A stretch of 64,000 nucleotides of DNA from Chloroflexota bacterium. Its GTDB lineage: Bacteria; Chloroflexota; Limnocylindria; P2-11E. Each line of letters opens with the position of its first letter. Position 1 is the stretch's first letter. Of the stretch, positions 1 through 8,487 are shown in pieces. The DNA is taken from contig VBDX01000133.1 of the NCBI GenBank assembly GCA_005881885.1, positions 15,461 to 79,460 on the forward strand, given 5' to 3'. The position numbers and the translations under genes were made by a program. The notes beneath the pieces are model-generated. The model did no database searches. It was not told where the DNA came from and saw only the letters and a program-made list of their open reading frames with translations.

Positions 1-4
1 GGGC

Positions 5-1873
5 ATGAAGATCAACCTCGTCGACACGCCCGGTTACGCCGACTTCGCCGGCGACCAGCACGCCGCGCTGCGGGTCGCGGATGCCGCGATCGTCTTTGTC
101 GATGCGTCCGCCGGGGTCCAGGTCGGCACGCAGACCGTCTGGTCCGAGCTCGAGAAGGGCCAGACGCCGCGCGTGGTGGTCGTCGGCCGCCTCGATCGGG
201 AGAACGCCGACTTTGACGAGGTTCTCGGGCAGCTCCGCGAGGCCTACGGCATCCGCGTAGTACCCCTGCACGTGCCTCTCGGCGAAAAACAGGAGCTCAA
301 GGCCACGATCGACCTGCTCCACGGGCAGATCCTGAAAGGTCCGAAGGATCCCGTCGCCGAGCTTGCGAAAGACGAAGAGGCCGAGCGCGTGGGCCAGTAC
401 CGCCAGCAGCTCGTCGAGTCGATTGTCGAGACCGACGAGGATCTGCTGACCCGCTATCTCGATGGCAAGGAGCTTGCGTACGACGAGCTCCGAGACGCGC
501 TCCATGCGGCGGTCCGCGAAGGGAAGGTCATCCCGGTCGTCGCCACGTCGGCGCACAAGCACGTCGGATATGCGGCGCTCCTCAACACGATCCGCGAGAT
601 GCTCCCCTCGCCCGCCGAAGCGGGATCGGTGATCGGGCGGTCGGCGTCGGGAGAGGAAGTCGCGCGCAAGCCCGATCCGGCGGACAAGCTCTCGGCATTC
701 GTCTTCAAGACCCTCGCCGATCCGTTCGTCGGCAAGCTCAGCTACGTCCGCGTGTACTCGGGAACGCTGCACCACAACGCGCAGGTCTACGACGCGACGA
801 AGAAGGAGACCGAGCGTGTCGGTCAGATCTTCTTCCTCCGGGGTAAGGAGCAGGAAGCGACCGAGGCGGTCGGCGCCGGCGACATCTGCGCCATCCCCAA
901 GCTCACCGCGACGACGACCAACGCCACGCTCTGCGATAAGGACGCCGTCATCCTCTACGACCCGATCGACTTCCCACCGCCTTCGTTCTCCGTGGCCATC
1001 GAGCCGTCGAGCAAGGCCGATCTGGACAAGCTCGCCACTGCGCTCCATAAGCTCACGGACGAGGATCCGACCTTGCACGTCCGCCGCGAGGATGCGACGC
1101 ACGAGACCATCTTGTCGGCGATCGGCGAGTCGGCGATCGAGGTCGCGGTGCATCATCTGAAGAACAAGTTCGGCGTCCAGGTCGACATGCGGACGCCCCG
1201 GGTCCCCTACCGCGAGTCGATCCGTTCGAAGGCGCAGGCGCAGGGTCGCTACAAGCGGCAGACCGGCGGCCACGGGCAGTTCGGCGATGTGTTCCTCGAG
1301 ATCGAGCCACAACCCGCGGGATCAGGGGTTGTGTATGCCACGCGGATCGTGGGCGGATCCGTCCCACGGAACTTCTGGCCCGCTGTCGAGAAGGGCGTCC
1401 GTGAGACCGCGGAGAGAGGGGTCATCGCGGGATACCCGCTGTCGGACTTCAAGGCGACGCTCTACGACGGGAGCTTCCACCAGGTCGACTCGAGCGAGAT
1501 GAGCTTCAAGATCGCCGGATCGCTCGCCCTGCAGAACTGTGTGAAGGAAGCGCAGCCTTTCCTGCTCGAACCGATCATGAACGTTGAGGTCTTGGTGCCC
1601 GAGGAGCAGATGGGCGACGTGCTCGCCGATCTCAACTCGCGACGGGGCCGAGTGCTCGGGATGGAGAGCACGGGCGCGGGACACCAGCTCATCAAGGCGC
1701 ACGTCCCCATGGCCGAGACCTTCCGCTACGCGACGGACCTTCGCTCGATGACCGGCGGGCGCGGGACCTTCAGCGCGGAGATCCTTGGGTACGAGGAGTG
1801 CCCATCGCACATCGCGCAGAAGGTGATCGCGGCACACGAAGGGCAGGCTGAGGAGACGGCAGCGGCGCGCTAG
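5..1873 (+). CDS. EF-G-like translational GTPase paralog, 5' end outside the window; switch-II reads DTPGY and the G4 motif reads GRLD instead of DTPGH and NKxD
   Basis: 622-aa ORF running off the window start. Domains III-V align to EF-G (GYPLSDF...HQVDSSEMSFKIA...LEPIM...RSMTGGRG...ECPSHIAQKVI). The N-terminal 'INLVDTPGYADF' and 'VVVVGRLDREN' replace the canonical DTPGH and NKxD motifs. Confidence 0.8.
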   Translation: MKINLVDTPGYADFAGDQHAALRVADAAIVFVDASAGVQVGTQTVWSELEKGQTPRVVVVGRLDRENADFDEVLGQLREAYGIRVVPLHVPLGEKQELKATIDLLHGQILKGPKDPVAELAKDEEAERVGQYRQQLVESIVETDEDLLTRYLDGKELAYDELRDALHAAVREGKVIPVVATSAHKHVGYAALLNTIREMLPSPAEAGSVIGRSASGEEVARKPDPADKLSAFVFKTLADPFVGKLSYVRVYSGTLHHNAQVYDATKKETERVGQIFFLRGKEQEATEAVGAGDICAIPKLTATTTNATLCDKDAVILYDPIDFPPPSFSVAIEPSSKADLDKLATALHKLTDEDPTLHVRREDATHETILSAIGESAIEVAVHHLKNKFGVQVDMRTPRVPYRESIRSKAQAQGRYKRQTGGHGQFGDVFLEIEPQPAGSGVVYATRIVGGSVPRNFWPAVEKGVRETAERGVIAGYPLSDFKATLYDGSFHQVDSSEMSFKIAGSLALQNCVKEAQPFLLEPIMNVEVLVPEEQMGDVLADLNSRRGRVLGMESTGAGHQLIKAHVPMAETFRYATDLRSMTGGRGTFSAEILGYEECPSHIAQKVIAAHEGQAEETAAAR

Positions 1874-2505
1874 GCTTTCCCCAGGGAATGCTCAGCTCGG
1901 CGCAGGTTTGGCTGAGGAGGCTGCCTCTCGTACTGGGCCTTTCCGGCCAGGAATATGAGCGGGCCACTCAAGACATCTCTGATGAACGGCTCGTTCTTTC
2001 TTCTGAGCCTTCCGAATTCGGTGCGGGTTAGTTCGACGAGATTCACCTCGCGGCGGAGTTGGCGCTCGACGCTGCCGAGAGCCCTTCGCAGGAGGTCGCT
2101 GTTCGGGGATCCCACGATCAGTACGTCGAGATCGCTTGTTGGCCGATCAGTGCGGGCGGCGTACGACCCAAAGATCCAGGCAGCGTCGATACCGGCGAGG
2201 CCGCCCAGCGCTCTGCGCAACGTCCCTTCAATCCCGATTGTCCGCTGCACGAGAGCCCGAATCTCGTTGGCGCTCGGCGAGTCAGTGTCGATCTCGTAGG
2301 TGCGATTTCGGCCCTGGATGGCTGAACGGAGAACCCCGGCACGCTCGAGCCGATCTAATTCACGTCCGACGGCCGAGGCGGCACGCCCAACCCCTCGCGC
2401 AATCTCGCGGACGTGCCCACGAGCACCAGGTCGGCTGAAGAAATACAGGAGGATCTCCTTACGCAGGGAAGATCGCCCGAAAACCAGCACGTCCAATACG
2501 TACAT
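1870..2505 (-). CDS. Winged-helix (ArsR-like) DNA-binding domain fused to a minimal nucleotidyltransferase (MNT / Pol-beta superfamily) domain
   Basis: N-terminal wHTH (HVREIARGVGRAASAVGRELDRLERAGVLRS). C-terminal 'WIFGSYAARTDRPTSDLDVLIVG' matches the GS...D.D nucleotidyltransferase motif. ATG at 2505; stop forms a palindromic CTAG overlap with the EF-G-like stop. Confidence 0.6.
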   Translation of the reverse strand: MYVLDVLVFGRSSLRKEILLYFFSRPGARGHVREIARGVGRAASAVGRELDRLERAGVLRSAIQGRNRTYEIDTDSPSANEIRALVQRTIGIEGTLRRALGGLAGIDAAWIFGSYAARTDRPTSDLDVLIVGSPNSDLLRRALGSVERQLRREVNLVELTRTEFGRLRRKNEPFIRDVLSGPLIFLAGKAQYERQPPQPNLRRAEHSLGKA

Positions 2506-2528
2506 TTGTACCCGAAATCGGTTACAAT
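2500..2528. promoter_or_regulatory. AT-rich divergent control region with a 12-bp palindrome GTACA-TT-TGTAC over the start codon of the wHTH-MNT gene, and a TTACAAT (-10-like) element facing the RusA-wHTH gene
   Basis: This is the only markedly AT-rich stretch nearby. There is a perfect inverted repeat, GTACA / TGTAC. Both flanking genes encode similar wHTH domains, so it is a candidate shared operator. Confidence 0.4.
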
Positions 2529-2552
2529 CGAAAGCACGCCTAGTCCGTCGGC

Positions 2553-3345
2553 CTTGGGCGGCTTGGATCCTTACTCTCTCGCGCCCAGCGACTGGCAGCT
2601 CTTCGCGGAGCTACGTGTTGCTGGCCGACCATCGAGCATCTCCGGGCCCCACGGTGCGGCCTGGCGAGCTGCCGTCACGAGTGCGGTCACGCTTGCTCGA
2701 ATCGAACCTCCTGCCGGAAAGAGATTCTTCGTCCGGATCACATTTGCGACGCCTCGACAGACGACGCGCAGCGCGTTCTGGGATATCGACAACCTGGTCA
2801 AGCCGACACTTGATGCGATGACGGGCATATTTGGGGCGCGCCGGTGGACCGGACTGCCTCAGGCCGCCGATGATCAGGTCGACGGTCTGTACGCCGAAAG
2901 GCGCGAGGTACAAGCCGGGGAAGCCTCCGGGGCCGAGATTGCCATCTTCGTTAGGAATGCCGCAACGGAACCAGCCATAGCGGTTCGAACCAAACGGCTC
3001 AAACAGTCAGCAAGGCCCTCTCTCTTCGGCGCATCGGTGGTACGGCAGGCGATTCTTCGACATCTCTTCGAACCTCCAGCGCGCGCTGTGCATGTTCGTG
3101 AGCTCGCACGTCGGATCGGACACGATCCTGGTGCGGTCAGTCGCGAGCTGGGCCGGCTGCAGCATTCGGGCTTGGTCGTGTCGGAATGGATCGGGCGATC
3201 GAGAACTTATCGTGCCTCCTCGACCGTTCTCGCGCGCGACGTTCAACGATTGCTTAAACGAGTGCCTTCGTCTGCAGCCGAAAGACAATCGTCGTTGGCG
3301 CGCGACGCGGAACCGGTCGCACGGCGGACCGCAGGCACTTTGTAG
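2553..3345 (+). CDS. RusA-like Holliday-junction resolvase domain fused to a C-terminal winged-helix DNA-binding domain (start uncertain, probably TTG near 2553-2562)
   Basis: 'RITFATPRQTTRSAFWDIDNLVKPTLDAMTG ... DDQVDGLYAERRE ... AEIAIFV' aligns with the E. coli RusA catalytic core (RRRDLDNLQKAAFDALT ... DDAQVVDYRVVK). The C-terminal 'HVRELARRIGHDPGAVSRELGRLQHSGLVVS' is a paralog of the wHTH in the divergent neighbour. The 2413 start in the ORF track would overlap that gene. Confidence 0.55.
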
Positions 3346-3352
3346 CCCGCTG

Positions 3353-3823
3353 CTACACGCTGCCGCGCGCCACCGCGCGGATGCTCGCGAGATGCCCTCG
3401 CGTGTGCGGAAGCACGATCCGGCGGACGATGCGCTCGACGTCGAATTCGTGACCCTGATAGGTCACCGCGACGCGGCGAAGCTGCGCCTCGCTCATGACA
3501 TCCAGCAGCCTAAGCAAGCGCGATCTCCCCTTCCGGAGCTCCCGCCGGACGGCCTCCTTCGTGGGGACTCCTCGAGCGGCGACCCGCGCGTTCAACGCGT
3601 CAGTCGCTTCCCAGTCGAATACGAAGGGTGCTTTGCCGTCTCGCGCCAGTGCGATGAAGCTCGCCTGCCGGCGGAGTCCGAGCGCGATGTGGAGCGCCGT
3701 TACGGCCACGGACCAGCATTCTGCTTCGCAGGTCCGCTCCCACGCCTTGGCGTCGAGCGCTTCGATCGTCGCGGTGGCTTCGTCGATCACGGCCTCCACC
3801 TCGGGGACAACCGCGATGTTCAT
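3353..3823 (-). CDS. Hypothetical helical-bundle protein (DinB_2/ClbS-like), 156 aa from an internal ATG
   Basis: The ORF track gives 3353..3961. ATG at 3823 (MNIAVVPEV...) avoids the GC-rich N-terminal extension. Only weak family resemblance. Confidence 0.4.
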   Translation of the reverse strand: MNIAVVPEVEAVIDEATATIEALDAKAWERTCEAECWSVAVTALHIALGLRRQASFIALARDGKAPFVFDWEATDALNARVAARGVPTKEAVRRELRKGRSRLLRLLDVMSEAQLRRVAVTYQGHEFDVERIVRRIVLPHTRGHLASIRAVARGSV

Positions 3824-4176
3824 GCGCGCAGGCGCGGCACGATCCCATTCGCCCAGCACGCAGCGACGATCGCGAGACCGCCCGCGACGCCCGCGGGCAC
3901 GTGGTACCAGGCAGCGTAGAAAGCGAACGCCGCGCCGAAGAGCCGGAGCGCCTGCACCCATGGCGGCATGTAGCGGCGAACGTACGCGCCCATCGCGCTG
4001 CGGCGATAGCGGTCGAGATCGACCTCACTCATGAGCGTCGCCGAGACCAGAACCGGCGGCAGGACCGCGACGACGAGGCCCGGGACGAGCAGGTGCCGCC
4101 AGAGGAGGTCGAGCGCCATGACCGCGGACGCGACGTCCGTGAACACCTTCGCCGGATGGATCTGGTGGTAAAGCAC
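3820..4176 (-). CDS. Small hydrophobic membrane protein immediately downstream of ndh (start uncertain)
   Basis: Hydrophobic ORF (LLVPGLVVAVLPPVLVSATLM ... FGAAFAFYAAWYHVPAGVAGGLAIVAACW). The 4302 start in the track overlaps ndh. A GTG at ~4176 lies just after the ndh stop. Confidence 0.3.
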   Translation of the reverse strand: MLYHQIHPAKVFTDVASAVMALDLLWRHLLVPGLVVAVLPPVLVSATLMSEVDLDRYRRSAMGAYVRRYMPPWVQALRLFGAAFAFYAAWYHVPAGVAGGLAIVAACWANGIVPRLRA

Positions 4177-4190
4177 TCGCCGCGCGTGGG

Positions 4191-5447
4191 TCAGGGCGTG
4201 TTCGCCACCAGCCGTCCGGCGAAGAACGAGAGCACCCATTCGACGAGCAAGGTACCGCGATTCCGCACCCCGAGGAGCTGCATGAGGTAGTTCACGCGCC
4301 ACACCGTCCAGGCAGGCAGACCGCCCATCACGAAGCCGCCGAGCTTGGCGAACTCGGCCGCCGCCTGCGTTCGTCCGAGCGCGACGAGATCGCCCTTCCG
4401 GTGGTAGACGAACGGCGTCGTCGGCGCTCCGCGCACCAGGGCCAGCAGATTCCGAGCCGCGGCCGGCGCCTCGAGGACGGCGACCTGCGCCAGCTGCGGG
4501 AGGCCCTTGCCCTGGTTTTCGAAGTACGCCGCGTCGCCGAGCGCGAGGACATCGTCGCGGCCCGAAGCGCGGAAGCGGTCGTCGACGATGATGCGGCCGT
4601 CTTTCGCTCTTCGGAGGTCGAGCGAGGCGACCAGAGGATTCACTTTGACGCCGCCCGACCAGACGATCGTCCGCGCGCGGAGCTGCGCGCCGTCCTTCGT
4701 ACGGACGACGCCCGGGCCGATCTCTGAGACGAGCGTCTTCAGAAGGACCCGCACGCGCTGCTGCTCGAGGCGTCGCGCCGCTATTTTTGACAGCCGCGGG
4801 TCCATCCCCGGGATCACGCGATCGGCACCATCGAGGAGGTGGATCGTCACGTCGGCGTAGAAGTCGATCGTCGGATAGATGCGACGCAGCGTGTGGTCCA
4901 TGAGATCGCGGAGCGAGCTCGCGAGCTCCACGCCGACGGGTCCGGCGCCCACGATGATGAAGGTGAGCTGCTCGCGCCGGCGCGCGATGTCGGTCTCGGT
5001 GGCGGCGGCCTCGAACACATCAAGCACGTGCCGCTTGAGTGCTTCCGCGTCGGCGAGCCACTTCACCGGCATCGCGTTCTCGCGGACGCCCGGAATACCG
5101 AAGTCGTTGGTGACCGAGCCGAGCGCGATCACGAGGTGGTCGTACGGCAGCTCGCCCTCCGCGGTGCCCACCCGGCGGTGCTTGAGGTCTATCGAGGAGA
5201 CCTCGGTCTGCAGGAAGCGAAAGCCCACCGGCGCCGTCGCGTCGCGGAGCGGGTAAGCCACGGCGTGCGGCGGCAGCTCCCCGGTGCAGACCTGGTAGAG
5301 GAGCGGGGTGAAGAGGTGGTAGTTCTGGCGATCGACGAGGGTGAGGTCCAGCTCGTCGCGCCGCATTCGCCGCTCGAGGTGACGGACCAGATGCAGTCCG
5401 CCAAATCCGCCGCCCAAAACGACGATCTGCTTTGGAGCGTTCTTCAA
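4191..5447 (-). CDS. ndh: Type II NADH:quinone oxidoreductase (NDH-2)
   Basis: 'QIVVLGGGFGGLHLVRHL', two Rossmann dinucleotide-binding motifs, ~418 aa. TTG start overlaps the stop of the upstream TPR gene (TTGA). Confidence 0.85.
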   Translation of the reverse strand: MKNAPKQIVVLGGGFGGLHLVRHLERRMRRDELDLTLVDRQNYHLFTPLLYQVCTGELPPHAVAYPLRDATAPVGFRFLQTEVSSIDLKHRRVGTAEGELPYDHLVIALGSVTNDFGIPGVRENAMPVKWLADAEALKRHVLDVFEAAATETDIARRREQLTFIIVGAGPVGVELASSLRDLMDHTLRRIYPTIDFYADVTIHLLDGADRVIPGMDPRLSKIAARRLEQQRVRVLLKTLVSEIGPGVVRTKDGAQLRARTIVWSGGVKVNPLVASLDLRRAKDGRIIVDDRFRASGRDDVLALGDAAYFENQGKGLPQLAQVAVLEAPAAARNLLALVRGAPTTPFVYHRKGDLVALGRTQAAAEFAKLGGFVMGGLPAWTVWRVNYLMQLLGVRNRGTLLVEWVLSFFAGRLVANTP

Positions 5448-7102
5448 TTCGCTTTTCCGGTCGCGGCCTCCGCGCGCTCGAGCTCGACGAGATATGCGTG
5501 CGTCAGCGGATCGTCCGCGTTGATCGCGCTGGCGAGGCGCAGCCGTTCGCGCGCGGCGCCGAGGTCACCGGCGCGAAGGTGCGCGAAGCCTGAGTCGGCA
5601 AGGTAGCCGGCGTCGCGCGGGCGCAGCGACGCCGCCTGATCGAGGAGCGCAAGGGCTTCGTTCTGCGATCCCGAAGCGAGCAGTGCGACGCCAAGCTCGT
5701 GCAGGACGTCGGGCTGGCCGGGAGCGAGCTCGAGCGCGCGCCGGAACGAGCTCGCAGCTGCGGGGAAGTCTTCCTGCTTACGAGCGACCAGCCCGAGACC
5801 GAAGTGCGCCTCCCACAGGTTCGGGTCGAATCCCAGCACTCTCATGAATGAGGCACGAACCTCGTCGTACGACAGCGGATTCGTGGAGAGCGCGGCCCGG
5901 CCGGCGCGCTCGAGATCGGTCTCGAGATCCGGCCGCTCGAGCCCGAGGCGCAGGCGTCTCGCCTGGCCGACCGTATCGGCGTCGGTCCCCGAGCTGATGA
6001 TCGCGCCGAGCGCGTGGCGCGCGTCGTCGATGCGTCCGGCAGCGATGTGCGCGCGCGCGAGGTGCGCTTCGGCGCTCGGACGGCCGTTCGCGGCGGCGCG
6101 CTCGAGGTACGAACGCGCACCTTCGTGGTCACCCTTTCCGAGCGCGAGCACGCCTAGAAGCTCCTGCGCACGGCCGAACGACTCGCTCCCTGCCGTGATC
6201 CGCCGAAGATGGGCGGCGGCCTGGCCCGGCGCGCCTTCGGCCACGTACAGCTCGGCCAGCATCATCACGTCGACATCGCGGAGCGGCCGCAGCGCGTGTG
6301 CGTGCTCCAGCGCCACGATCGCGTGGGTGGTCTCGCCGATCTGGCGGAGGAGCTCAGCGAGCATGTAGTGCGAGCGCCACGACATTGGCTTCGTCTCGAT
6401 GACTTCCTCGAGAGCGCGCGCCGCCCGCTCCTCGTCTCCGCGCTCGACGGACTCGGCGGCCAGCACGAGCAGCCGGTCCTCGGCCCGCAGTGACGCCGGG
6501 TCCGCACGGACCGCGGCGACGTAGAGCTGGAACGCGAGGACCCGCGCGGCGTCGGCCGCGGCGGGATCGCCCGCGCGCAGCAGCGTCGCGTTCACTTCTT
6601 CTTCGAGCCCGCCCAGTAGCGCGCGGTAGGCGGTCTCGTTCGCTGTCTCCGGCTCGTCGAGTCCCGCTTGGGCGGGCACCCCCAGCGCGCCGACGAGCCA
6701 CGCGGCGAGCGCCGGTTCTGCCCGATGGAGCTCCCCCTCGGCCACCGCGAATTCGCGCGACGCGACCGCACGGCGTGCCGCGACGTCCACCAGGGTCACC
6801 AGGAAGGCTTGACCGCGCTCGTCTTCCCGGTACAGGCCGGTGAGCGCGTGGGTCGTCCCGAGCGACTCGCCGTAGCGCACGGCCAGATCGGGGTCGGGTG
6901 TCGACCCGAAGATCAGGTATCCGGCGTCGCGCTTGGTCTCCGGCATGGCCACGAGGAAGACCGGCCGCAGCTCCAGCGCGGGATCGTCGGCGAAGCGCTC
7001 CACGAGCCGGCGGGCCACCTGCCGACCGATGATGCCCGCCTCAGCGTCACGGCCCTGCGCGCCAAACGGCACGACCGCGACGACGGGGCGCGGGGTCGTC
7101 AC
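5444..7102 (-). CDS. Tetratricopeptide-repeat protein
   Basis: Multiple TPR-like helical repeats (AxxYxxLG, EEAxxxxxRALELxP). GTG start overlaps the tyrS stop (GTGA). Confidence 0.7.
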   Translation of the reverse strand: MTTPRPVVAVVPFGAQGRDAEAGIIGRQVARRLVERFADDPALELRPVFLVAMPETKRDAGYLIFGSTPDPDLAVRYGESLGTTHALTGLYREDERGQAFLVTLVDVAARRAVASREFAVAEGELHRAEPALAAWLVGALGVPAQAGLDEPETANETAYRALLGGLEEEVNATLLRAGDPAAADAARVLAFQLYVAAVRADPASLRAEDRLLVLAAESVERGDEERAARALEEVIETKPMSWRSHYMLAELLRQIGETTHAIVALEHAHALRPLRDVDVMMLAELYVAEGAPGQAAAHLRRITAGSESFGRAQELLGVLALGKGDHEGARSYLERAAANGRPSAEAHLARAHIAAGRIDDARHALGAIISSGTDADTVGQARRLRLGLERPDLETDLERAGRAALSTNPLSYDEVRASFMRVLGFDPNLWEAHFGLGLVARKQEDFPAAASSFRRALELAPGQPDVLHELGVALLASGSQNEALALLDQAASLRPRDAGYLADSGFAHLRAGDLGAARERLRLASAINADDPLTHAYLVELERAEAATGKAN

Positions 7103-8262
7103 CGGAAGCGGATGCGTGCGAAGCTGCGCTTACCCACCTGGACCCACGGTTCGCCCTTGACCGCCACGGAGGTATCGAGCTTGGCGAGCTCGCCCTCCAC
7201 ACGCACCCCGTTCTGCTCTACGAGCCGCCGCGCGGCGGCCTTGCTCGGAGCGAGCTTGGCAAGGACGAGCAGGTCGACGATGGAGATCTCCTTCGCGCCA
7301 TTCGCCTTCACGTCGATCGTCGGCATGTCGACCGGCGCCCCGCCTTCTTTGTGCACGCGGTCGAACGCGCGCTCGGCCTCCTCGGCGGCAGCCGCGGAGT
7401 GGAGCTCGGTTGTGATGGTCCGAGCGAGCTTTCGTTTCGCCTCACGCGGGTGCAGCTCCTTGGCCGCGATCGCCCGGAGGGTCGCCTGCACCTCGCTCAT
7501 CGGGAGCTCCGTCGCCCATTCGAAGTAGTGCGACATGAGCTTGTCTTCGATCGACATGACCTTGCCGTAGACGTCGTTCGGCGGGTCGGTGAGCCAGATC
7601 GCCGTGGCCGGCTTCGACTTGCTCATCTTCTCGCCGTCGAGGCCCTCGAGAAGCTGATTGATGAAGACGCTCTGCGGGCGCTGACCGATCTGTTCCTGGA
7701 GCTCGCGACCGGCGAGTATGTTGAACAGCTGGTCCGTCCCGCCGACCTCGACGTCGGATTCGATCGCGACCGAGTCGTAGGCCTGCAGCAGCGGGTAGAG
7801 GATGTCCTTGATCGGGATCGGCGTCTTCTTCTCGAGGCGTTTGCGGAACTCCTCGCGCGCGAGCATCTGCTGCGTGGTGAAGCGGGACGCGAGACGGATG
7901 ACGTCGCCGAGCCCGAACTTTCCGAACCACTCGCTCTGCATGACGATGCGGACGCCCTCGCGCGGCACGATCTTGTGGAACTGATCGAGGTAGGTCTGCG
8001 CGTTCTCGAGCACCTTCTCGTGGGACATGGTCGGGCGAGCATCGTCGCGGTCGGTCGGGTCGCCGATCTGCGTCGTCCAGTCGCCGACGATGATCACGAT
8101 CTCGTGCCCCCACTCAGCGAAGCGCTTGAGCTTCCGCAGGGGCACGGCATGTCCGATGTGAAGGTTCGGGTGCGTCGGGTCGAAGCCCTGTTTGATACGA
8201 AGCTGACGCTCCCCGGCGCGGAGCTGTTTGGCGAGCTCCTCCTTCACGATGACCTGGCTCAT
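7099..8262 (-). CDS. tyrS: Tyrosyl-tRNA synthetase
   Basis: HIGH motif 'PNLHIGHA', KMSKS motif 'EKMSKS', C-terminal S4-like domain. ATG at 8262 (MSQVIVKEEL); the upstream 395 aa of the track ORF are GC-frame noise. Confidence 0.9.
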   Translation of the reverse strand: MSQVIVKEELAKQLRAGERQLRIKQGFDPTHPNLHIGHAVPLRKLKRFAEWGHEIVIIVGDWTTQIGDPTDRDDARPTMSHEKVLENAQTYLDQFHKIVPREGVRIVMQSEWFGKFGLGDVIRLASRFTTQQMLAREEFRKRLEKKTPIPIKDILYPLLQAYDSVAIESDVEVGGTDQLFNILAGRELQEQIGQRPQSVFINQLLEGLDGEKMSKSKPATAIWLTDPPNDVYGKVMSIEDKLMSHYFEWATELPMSEVQATLRAIAAKELHPREAKRKLARTITTELHSAAAAEEAERAFDRVHKEGGAPVDMPTIDVKANGAKEISIVDLLVLAKLAPSKAAARRLVEQNGVRVEGELAKLDTSVAVKGEPWVQVGKRSFARIRFR

Positions 8263-8487
8263 CGCGCGCGTGAGGAATTCGTCGACTTCGCGTTCTGAAG
8301 GACGGGCCGGCATCAGGGAGAAGGATAGGTGGCGGTTTCGAAGGGGCAGGGGCCCCTGGGCACGGAGTGACGCCCCTTCGGTCGCTACCATGGTCGAATC
8401 GCGCGCTCGAAAACGACGCTGGACCATGCCTTCCGGCGCGGGGCATATCGCTCGAAGCGGCGCCAGGGCGGCGGCTCGTTCAGCGGT

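Noticed and set aside
2413-2552. N-terminal 47 codons of the track ORF 2413..3345, overlapping the divergent wHTH-MNT gene
   Set aside because: RusA homology begins downstream. The overlap would place two coding regions over the palindromic AT-rich control region. A TTG start after 2552 is more parsimonious.
2900-3100. HEPN-like Rx4-6H motif (RQAILRH) in the RusA-wHTH protein, which would make it the toxin partner of the MNT gene
   Set aside because: The motif lies inside the predicted winged-helix recognition region, not in a helical HEPN fold context; a single short motif is insufficient.
8263-8487. Possible T-box leader upstream of tyrS
   Set aside because: No AGGGUGGNACCGCG-like motif found on the minus strand, only a GC-rich hairpin (AAGGGGCAGGGGCCCCUGGGCAC...GCCCCUU). 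Left as an unexplained structured leader.
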